Shown: positions 57,080 through 64,000 of the stretch, piece after piece | How positions within the stretch are numbered: the stretch's first letter is position 1 | Layout: each line of letters begins with the position of its first letter | Source: Bacteroidetes bacterium UBA6063 | GTDB lineage: Bacteria > Bacteroidota > Bacteroidia > NS11-12g > UBA9320 | NCBI GenBank assembly: GCA_002428905.1 | Contig: DIYD01000106.1 | Location: 5,921-69,920 of the forward strand | Direction of reading: 5' to 3' | DNA length: 64,000 nucleotides | Notes under the pieces: generated by a model | What the model saw: the letters and a program-made list of their open reading frames with translations, nothing else | Told to the model about the DNA's origin: nothing | Database searches by the model: none | Translations under genes and position numbers: made by a program

Positions 57080-58445
57080 AGACCAGCTTCGTTACACAAA
57101 CAACTACTTACTCAACTTTCATCCACCGAAGGATTTTGAGTGGGGTGTTGGTATATCGGCCTACCAAACAGAAGGACTTCAAGAGAATGATGGCAGGGGG
57201 CCCAGTATCTGGGATGTGTTTCCCCCTTCGAAAATCAAAGGTGGTTTTGGTGCCGGCAGGAGTTGCAACTTCTACGAGAACTATGTGAACGATATTGCCT
57301 TAGCCCGATGGCTGGGTATGCGCAATTTTAAAACATCCATTAGCTGGTCTAGAATTCTACCCGAAGGCAAAGGGCAAGTTAACCCGAAAGGTGTAGGATT
57401 CTACGACCGTTTAATCGATGAGTTATTGAGTAAGAAAATCAACCCATGGATGGTGGCATATCACTGGGATCTTCCACAAGCATTGCAGGAAAAAGGAGGT
57501 TGGGTCAACCGTGACACGGTATACCACTTTTTGGATTATTTGGCTGTATTAGAGAAGCACTTTGGCGACCGTGTTAACAACTGGATTGTCTTCAATGAAC
57601 CTTTTGTTTTTGTAGGTGCGGGTTATTTTCTTGGCATACACGCTCCTGGTGAAATAGGCCTGCGAAATTTCTTACCGGCAACGCACCATGTAAACTTAGC
57701 CAACGCGTTAGGAATCAACTACCTGCAAAACAATACGCAAGCAAAAGTGGGAAGTTCATTTTCCTTCGCGAGTGTCCACCCATTAAGCAAAACCACAACG
57801 CATATCAACGCACAAAAGCGCTTTCACAACCTTGTGAATCACCTGTTTCTTGATCCGGTGATTGGTAAGGGTTATCCGTTGGAACATCTACCCTTTTTGC
57901 GGAAGATCGATCGGTTTATGCAGGCTGAGGACCTGAACAGGATGCATAGCACACCCGACTTTCTGGGTGTCCAGGTGTATACGCGTGAAGTGATTCGAAA
58001 CAGCTGGTTTATGCCCTATTTGCGTGCCAAAGTGGTCACAGCTGAACAACGCGGCGCCTATGTTACCAGTCTCGGGCAGGAAGTATACCCAATGGCTTTG
58101 TTGGAGATCCTTAACTGGTTAATACCACATACATCGGATAAGAAAATACCCATATACGTTACCGAATGTGGCATCAGTCAACCTGAGAAATTGATTAAAC
58201 ATCCGGTTAAAGATCACTACCGGGTACTGTATTACACTCAGGTACTTAACTCCATTCGTAAACACGTGGCTTCAGGTGACGTAAAAGGACTTTTCTTTTG
58301 GAGTTTAATGGACAATTTCGAGTGGGCAGAGGGTTTCAACTCTCCTTTTGGGTTGTTTCACGTAGACTTTGACACCCTGGAAAGAAACCCGAAGAAATCG
58401 GCACATTGGGTGCGTCAATTAATGAAAGAAGTGGCTGGAGCGTAA
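57063..58445 (+). CDS. Glycoside hydrolase family 1 beta-glucosidase; non-ATG (TTG) start
   Basis: FEWGVGISAYQTEG, the acid/base motif VFNEPFV and the nucleophile motif YVTECGIS. No in-frame ATG precedes the conserved N-terminal motif. The TTG at 57063 overlaps the upstream gene by 17 nt. Confidence 0.75.
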   Translation: MKPLHRDQLRYTNNYLLNFHPPKDFEWGVGISAYQTEGLQENDGRGPSIWDVFPPSKIKGGFGAGRSCNFYENYVNDIALARWLGMRNFKTSISWSRILPEGKGQVNPKGVGFYDRLIDELLSKKINPWMVAYHWDLPQALQEKGGWVNRDTVYHFLDYLAVLEKHFGDRVNNWIVFNEPFVFVGAGYFLGIHAPGEIGLRNFLPATHHVNLANALGINYLQNNTQAKVGSSFSFASVHPLSKTTTHINAQKRFHNLVNHLFLDPVIGKGYPLEHLPFLRKIDRFMQAEDLNRMHSTPDFLGVQVYTREVIRNSWFMPYLRAKVVTAEQRGAYVTSLGQEVYPMALLEILNWLIPHTSDKKIPIYVTECGISQPEKLIKHPVKDHYRVLYYTQVLNSIRKHVASGDVKGLFFWSLMDNFEWAEGFNSPFGLFHVDFDTLERNPKKSAHWVRQLMKEVAGA

Positions 58446-58619
58446 GTAACGGCAGCTGAATACCGACTAATGGGACAGAAACACCCTAATTCGGCAAGAA
58501 TTCAGTAAGATTTCGGATCAATCCGTCATTAAAAGCCCTTCAAGTCGTATCTTAGTGGGCTATTTCGGCGGCAGCCGGACTGCACTAGCAAAGACGAAAA
58601 ATACTATTAACCAAATACG

Positions 58620-61600
58620 ATGTTACGGAAGCTGCTCACTGGTTACGTTCTACTATTGACCGCATTATGCGCTCGATCTCAGTGTCCCACTGTATCCATA
58701 ACATCCGAAAAAACCGCATACTGTATATCCGACTTTGTTGAACTAAAAGCCAGTAACGTTCCACTTTCAGCCACTGTAGAATGGGATTTGGGATTGGGGT
58801 GGGATACCACCGAAGCCCATCACTGGGGATCTGCAGCAACACCTGGAATGTTAACCGCCAACCTTAGGCTTACCCTTGCAACGGGCGAATCTTGTGTGTA
58901 TAGTGAAGCCGATGTTGCCCAAATTCACGATCTGCCTGTAGCGGACTTCACCACATCCGAACAACTATTTTGTACGTTGAGGGAGGAAGTCATCCTGGTC
59001 GATCAAACACCAACTTCGGTTCGCAGAAACTGGGTGATTAATCAAGAGACGCTAGAAAACACCCCAAAAATCACTTCCCAACCTATTGCCAAAGCTGGGA
59101 GTTACGATATTACGTTGGTCGCCGAAGACCAAAACGGTTGTCGGGGTTCTAAAACCGTAAAAAATGCCATTCGCGCCTATCCCGGTATCCCGCTGGACTT
59201 CGTCAAATCTAATAACTCCAATTGTTATCCGATTACAACCGACTATACGTCAATCATTAATCCGGGCATTCAAACCGTCACTGATTATGAATGGAACCTT
59301 CCCGGCTCTAATTCTACAATAGTCAACACGGAGCACGTTACTCGTGTACAATACAATAGTGTTGGTGTGTACGACACCCGGTTGAAGGTATCAACCCGCG
59401 AAGGTTGTGTATATACCTATGAAAAGCGAAGCTATATTACGCTTGGTGATACTGCAACGTTAGGCGTAACCACCAATAAGTCAGGCGCCTGCCTGAGTGA
59501 AAAAATCTACCTCACGCAAACCACAGCGGGTTTGCCGGGTACATTCACCTGGGGAATAGCCGCCGCTACATTTGACCACCCAACTAAGAATCAGGCAACG
59601 ATAACCTTTAAAGATACCGGTACATACACCTTAAATCTAACGTACGACCACAATAACTGTATTTCTTCTCTTGTGAAATCCGACCTGATTAAAATTCAGG
59701 GACTCAAATCCGATTTTATCAGTGACAATGCCTGGCATTGCGATACACCACATACAGTAGAATTAATCAATATCTCGGATACCTCAAGTGGGAAAATTTC
59801 CGGGTTTCAATGGCGAGTCATTAATGCCCTGGACAATACGATCGTAGCAACTTCCACTTCGAAAGACTTCGACATCACGATAAAAGAAAGTCCGGCAATA
59901 TACGATGTCGAACTTATCACGACGGCCGCATCCGGTTGCAGCGACACAACGGTTAAGTCGGAATTCATACAGGTAGAATCGTATCAATTCGACTTCTTTG
60001 CAAAACCCAATATTGGGTGTGTTGGTCAGGACTTTACCTTTATTAACCAAACCCCTTCGGGCTCGTATTACGGACTTGATCTTTTTTCCTGGGACTTTTA
60101 CAACAAGGACAAATCGTCTGTACTTGGTTCTTCAGGAAGCACCTCACCTAAATTCGTGTATAGCGACACCGGATATTACCACGTTCAGTTAACCGCCGCT
60201 AACCCATTAGGGTGTCAGGAAAAATATATGCTGGATAGCGCAGTGCAGGTGGTTTCACCATCAATCGACTACAACTGGGAAGACAGCATTACATGTTCCA
60301 ACGAGTTTTTTGATCTAATTGGGCGCAGTACACCTGTAAACCCACAGTTTATCAATGCATATACGTTTAGGCATAAACTGACTGGCCAGACCACTTCATT
60401 CTCTGGAGATACCGTGCCTGGTATTTTATCTGATATAGGCGAATATGAAGTGGTTTATCACTATACAATTTCCGGTGGGTGTGACGATTCGTTGGTGAAC
60501 AGTTTTTGGGTAAACGGATTAAAAGGGCGTATTGCCTTAGACACGCAAACAGGTTGTTCTCCACTACAAGTTCGACCGCGTTTTGTGGTTGACTACAATG
60601 TACATAAGGGTTTTAGCGATACCAGTTTAAACTATTACTGGACGGTTTTGCCCCGAACGGGTGTTACCATTAAGGGGGGAACCACGGCTACCCCGATCAT
60701 AACGCTAAATGAAGACCTGGAATACCGCATTGCCTTGTACGTCAATAATAGTTCAGGGTGCGTAAACTACCTCGTTTCTGATACGATTGCCACTGGAGTA
60801 AAGGCCCAGCTAATGGTAAGTCAATTGGAGGCATGTGTTGGTGATACCATCCACTTAACCAATACATCAACCAACACGCCATCTTCGGTCATTTGGAATA
60901 TTCAAAGTACCAGTTCGTATACGATCGATCGTATCGATTCTAACCGAAGAGATCTGGTATTGCAGGATAGTGGATCTTATAATGTATCTCTAATCGCAAC
61001 GAAAAACGGTTTGTGTAGTGATACGGTTAGTTATGATATTTCTACCACCGAGTTGTCTGCAAAATTTACTGTCAGTGATTCCATCTTGAGTTGTGCTCCG
61101 GCAGATGTTTGGTTCATAAACCAGTCGAGAAATGCAGATGTTCTGGAGTGGTTTTTTGGAGATGATCAGACTACACGTGTCGGTGGTCAGGACTCGACCC
61201 ATCACCAATACCTGGTGAACAGCGATTCCAGTGGTTTTGATATTATGCTTATCGCCAAAAGTAACTTTGGATGTGCGGATACATTTATTCGAAACGACCT
61301 GGTTAAGTTAAAAGGGCCAATAGCCGCATTTGATGTACAAAACACAAAAGGCTGCGAGCCGCTTGAGGTTTCAATTACGAATCAAAGCAAACACTATGAT
61401 ACTTCGTACTTTTCTTACGGTATCGGCTTAGAAATCGACACAAACACGGTATCGGATTATACCTATTCTAATACCGCTTCATCCAGTGTGGTATATTATC
61501 AACCCTCCATGACCGTAATTGATAAGGGTGGGTGCTCAGCCACCTATACACTGGAAGACAGTATTGCTGTATTTAAACTCCCTGAAATCAAGCTTCACAT

Positions 61601-63455
61601 TCTGCCAGACACCATTGTGTGCCATCGTGAGAATTTGGTCGTTACCGATACCGGTGAGTTCGGCTATCGTTGGAACTGGTTCCTGAACAACCAGATGGTA
61701 TCCACAAGTTTGTTAGACACAATTACCGCGACGATCGAAGGTGAAAACATACTGCGTCTTGTTGTAACCAATCCGCATTGTTCGGATACCGCTGAGCAAT
61801 CGATTTGGGCCAGCGAGTCTGCCAAAATCAACTTTAAACTGCCTGATTTTCTTTGTGAAAAAGTGCCGTTTACGGTTGGTTTAAGTTTGGATAATAAAAC
61901 AGCCCCGTCCGCTTATCGTTGGGACTTTGGTGAACCCGGTAACCCAAATAATATTCAGATAACCGCCGATTCGTCTGCTTCGATTAGCTATCTCAGCCCC
62001 GGCCCTAAAACGATTAAAGTCACTGCCGAGCTCCCGAATGGCTGTGCTATTCCCGATACCATCCGTATTGAGGTGTTCGACTCAAAAAACGTCCCGGTAA
62101 TCGAACCGGATTATGCCGGATATGATTCCAACAATCGGGTTATAATTCAATACCCCGATTTCGACTTTGACTACTTCGACTTTTTCAATATCCAACGAGA
62201 TGGTAGCCTCTTAAAGAAAGCGTCTCAAACCCCTAATTCTCAACTCACCGATTCAAGTCTGACTACCCGTACTCGCGCATGTTATAGTTTATCTGTGTCA
62301 GACAAATGTGGTGTGGAAGGCCCGAAAAGCAGGGTTCATTGTCCGGTACTGTTAGATGTTAATAGTCCTCAAGCGGAACAAGTAGAGCTCAACTGGACCT
62401 ATTATGTTGGATGGGATCGCGTTGAGCACTATGAGATTTATAGACGTGAAAAAGACAGCGCGTTTAAAAAAATTGGTCAGGTCTTTAATACCCAAAGAAC
62501 CTATATTGATAGCGCCGGCCTTTGCAACCGGGAATACGCCTATAAAATAGCTGCTGTAAAGGAGGGCGACACATTGGTTTCATACAGCAATACGGAGCTC
62601 ATTGAACCCGAGTACATCCTGAACTTCACTGAACCAAATATTGATAATGTAAGCGTGTTACTAAATCAGGATATTGAAGTTCGGTGGTCAGGCAGCCCTG
62701 TTCTGCAATCACCTCACTATCTTCTAACCAAATATGAAAGTACCATGGATAACGTGCTTGGTGAAATTGAAGTAAAGGATACCCACTACGTTGATAACGA
62801 TGTTCAATCCGATCTCTATTCTTATATGTATACGGTAAAGGAGATCGATCGGTGTTTGAACATAGGTACTGCGGGTCAATATGGTAAAACAATATTATTA
62901 AAAGCGCGATTTGATGAACAAAACCCCGTTTTAAACTGGTCGGCCTATGAACAATGGAGATCGCCAGTGATTAGTCATAACATTGAATTTGTTCGCCCCG
63001 GAGGCAGTATTCAGGTAGATCAGGTTTCTCCTGCGACTTATAGCTACACCGACGCTTCGTTTTATGAGGATGTAGATGGTTTTTACCCCTATCGCGTTTA
63101 TGCAGTAAATGAACAGGGAGACACCAGTTACTCCAACATTTCACGTGTGAGTGGTAAACCCGTTTTCTTAGCACCGAATAGCTTCTCGCCGAACAACGAC
63201 GGTATTAACGATGTCCTCAATTTTTATACCCTGTTTGTCGTTAACGACTTCAATAAGCCCGTCTCCGATTTTGATATTATGGTATACAACCGTTGGGGAA
63301 ACCGTGTCTTTTTAGGGCATGATTTGAAACAAGGTTGGGATGGAAAGCAGGATGGTAAACTCTTACCAAAAGGCGTTTATCTCTTCCGTATTGGTTACAC
63401 CGATGGCGATGGTCGCAGATATTGGATCACTGGAACCGTTCATTTGATGCGATAG
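58620..63455 (+). CDS. Giant (1611-aa) cell-surface protein with ten or more PKD-like domains, FN3-like modules and a T9SS type-B (gliding-motility-associated) C-terminal domain
   Basis: Signal peptide. Recurrent ~90-aa modules carrying W-x-(W/F) motifs (WDLGLGWDTT, YEWNLPGSNST, FQWRVINALDN, FSWDFYNKDKSS, YRWDFGEPGNP ...). C-terminus PNSFSPNNDGINDVLNFY...IMVYNRWGNRVF...GWDGKQDG...GVYLFRIGYTDGDGRRYW fits CHU_C. Confidence 0.8.
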   Translation: MLRKLLTGYVLLLTALCARSQCPTVSITSEKTAYCISDFVELKASNVPLSATVEWDLGLGWDTTEAHHWGSAATPGMLTANLRLTLATGESCVYSEADVAQIHDLPVADFTTSEQLFCTLREEVILVDQTPTSVRRNWVINQETLENTPKITSQPIAKAGSYDITLVAEDQNGCRGSKTVKNAIRAYPGIPLDFVKSNNSNCYPITTDYTSIINPGIQTVTDYEWNLPGSNSTIVNTEHVTRVQYNSVGVYDTRLKVSTREGCVYTYEKRSYITLGDTATLGVTTNKSGACLSEKIYLTQTTAGLPGTFTWGIAAATFDHPTKNQATITFKDTGTYTLNLTYDHNNCISSLVKSDLIKIQGLKSDFISDNAWHCDTPHTVELINISDTSSGKISGFQWRVINALDNTIVATSTSKDFDITIKESPAIYDVELITTAASGCSDTTVKSEFIQVESYQFDFFAKPNIGCVGQDFTFINQTPSGSYYGLDLFSWDFYNKDKSSVLGSSGSTSPKFVYSDTGYYHVQLTAANPLGCQEKYMLDSAVQVVSPSIDYNWEDSITCSNEFFDLIGRSTPVNPQFINAYTFRHKLTGQTTSFSGDTVPGILSDIGEYEVVYHYTISGGCDDSLVNSFWVNGLKGRIALDTQTGCSPLQVRPRFVVDYNVHKGFSDTSLNYYWTVLPRTGVTIKGGTTATPIITLNEDLEYRIALYVNNSSGCVNYLVSDTIATGVKAQLMVSQLEACVGDTIHLTNTSTNTPSSVIWNIQSTSSYTIDRIDSNRRDLVLQDSGSYNVSLIATKNGLCSDTVSYDISTTELSAKFTVSDSILSCAPADVWFINQSRNADVLEWFFGDDQTTRVGGQDSTHHQYLVNSDSSGFDIMLIAKSNFGCADTFIRNDLVKLKGPIAAFDVQNTKGCEPLEVSITNQSKHYDTSYFSYGIGLEIDTNTVSDYTYSNTASSSVVYYQPSMTVIDKGGCSATYTLEDSIAVFKLPEIKLHILPDTIVCHRENLVVTDTGEFGYRWNWFLNNQMVSTSLLDTITATIEGENILRLVVTNPHCSDTAEQSIWASESAKINFKLPDFLCEKVPFTVGLSLDNKTAPSAYRWDFGEPGNPNNIQITADSSASISYLSPGPKTIKVTAELPNGCAIPDTIRIEVFDSKNVPVIEPDYAGYDSNNRVIIQYPDFDFDYFDFFNIQRDGSLLKKASQTPNSQLTDSSLTTRTRACYSLSVSDKCGVEGPKSRVHCPVLLDVNSPQAEQVELNWTYYVGWDRVEHYEIYRREKDSAFKKIGQVFNTQRTYIDSAGLCNREYAYKIAAVKEGDTLVSYSNTELIEPEYILNFTEPNIDNVSVLLNQDIEVRWSGSPVLQSPHYLLTKYESTMDNVLGEIEVKDTHYVDNDVQSDLYSYMYTVKEIDRCLNIGTAGQYGKTILLKARFDEQNPVLNWSAYEQWRSPVISHNIEFVRPGGSIQVDQVSPATYSYTDASFYEDVDGFYPYRVYAVNEQGDTSYSNISRVSGKPVFLAPNSFSPNNDGINDVLNFYTLFVVNDFNKPVSDFDIMVYNRWGNRVFLGHDLKQGWDGKQDGKLLPKGVYLFRIGYTDGDGRRYWITGTVHLMR

Positions 63456-63535
63456 TACCTACTCCCTATGTCCAGAAAGTTTCCTATCTCTATAATAGGG
63501 GCAAGCTAGCAACGATTGGATCGGGTTTTAAACGC

Positions 63536-64000
63536 TTACATCAAGACGTCATTGACCGGTTTAATGCCTGGAGGAAGGTTTGTTTCTCCCATCATTTCCT
63601 TTAGATCGATTTCGATGGTTCTGCACAATGCGAGCATTGGGATATCGTTTCCTAGGCCTTCGAATGGGTTTTCAGAATAATCACCCACAAGCTCCATCAT
63701 TAGAAATACCCATCCTACGATTATAGTGAACGGAATAGACAACCATGCACCCCAATCGCTCAAATCGTGAAACTCCTGTACCAACCCAAACGGCAGCAAG
63801 AAAATAAATATGGCCACAAAGTAGAAGCTCATACTGCCATATTGACGAGGCAACGGGAACTTTTTGATTCGTTCACATTTACCTTGATGGGTATAAAATT
63901 CGTTTAACAGGTTTTGCAGTTCCATGTGACGGAAATCATCGATCAAATCGAGCTCGCGTAGCATGTGCAAATCCTGCGCCTGTCGGTCAATGATCTGTGT
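63536..64000 (-). CDS. Bestrophin-like (UPF0187) membrane protein, C-terminal part; the gene runs off the window end
   Basis: Frame open to nt 64000. Transmembrane helices FYFVAIFIFLLPFGLV and WLSIPFTIIVGWVFLMMELVG are followed by the DYSENPFEG motif region found in bacterial bestrophin homologues. Confidence 0.45.
   Translation of the reverse strand, partial: TQIIDRQAQDLHMLRELDLIDDFRHMELQNLLNEFYTHQGKCERIKKFPLPRQYGSMSFYFVAIFIFLLPFGLVQEFHDLSDWGAWLSIPFTIIVGWVFLMMELVGDYSENPFEGLGNDIPMLALCRTIEIDLKEMMGETNLPPGIKPVNDVLM

Noticed and set aside
1-64000. Search for a CRISPR array, tRNA or rRNA genes, and transposase or integrase genes.
   Set aside because: No regularly spaced direct repeats and no tRNA cloverleaf-like or rRNA-like segment appear in the intergenic regions. 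No ORF carries DDE or tyrosine-recombinase motifs.

Overview
The window reads as a 64-kb chromosomal segment from a Bacteroidetes genome, probably a gliding Cytophagia-, Sphingobacteriia- or Flavobacteriia-like organism. Three things in the sequence point that way: T9SS C-terminal sorting domains, TAnnTTTG -7 promoter boxes placed just upstream of start codons, and many Bacteroidetes-specific DUF families. About 48 protein-coding genes are present at high coding density. I found no rRNA, tRNA, CRISPR array, transposase or integrase.

Housekeeping genes (purK, purE, mnmA, carB, an RlmB-like methyltransferase, malic enzyme, Dps) are interleaved with many secreted or surface proteins. Seven of these carry T9SS C-terminal domains: five of type A and two giant adhesin-like proteins of type B.

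The most unusual locus is a tightly coupled four-gene operon at 31753-35190. It encodes a VTC polyphosphate-polymerase-like domain protein, a DUF4956 membrane protein, a DUF2490 beta-barrel-like protein and a secreted CotH-kinase-like protein. A 220-nt leader precedes it and strong terminators bracket it.

Other notable items:
- a 1281-aa T9SS cargo protein that fuses a PhoX-like phosphatase, a lamin-tail domain and a phytase-like propeller;
- a LytS/LytTR two-component system divergent from a secreted Reg_prop propeller protein;
- an LpxH-like / glycosyltransferase / GH1 overlapping operon in which the GH1 gene has a non-ATG start;
- a terminator-insulated metallophosphoesterase gene preceded by a 10-bp perfect palindrome.

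The supplied ORF track appears to translate TTG starts as M, so I moved several starts to the nearest plausible ATG or signal peptide. Genes at both window edges are partial.
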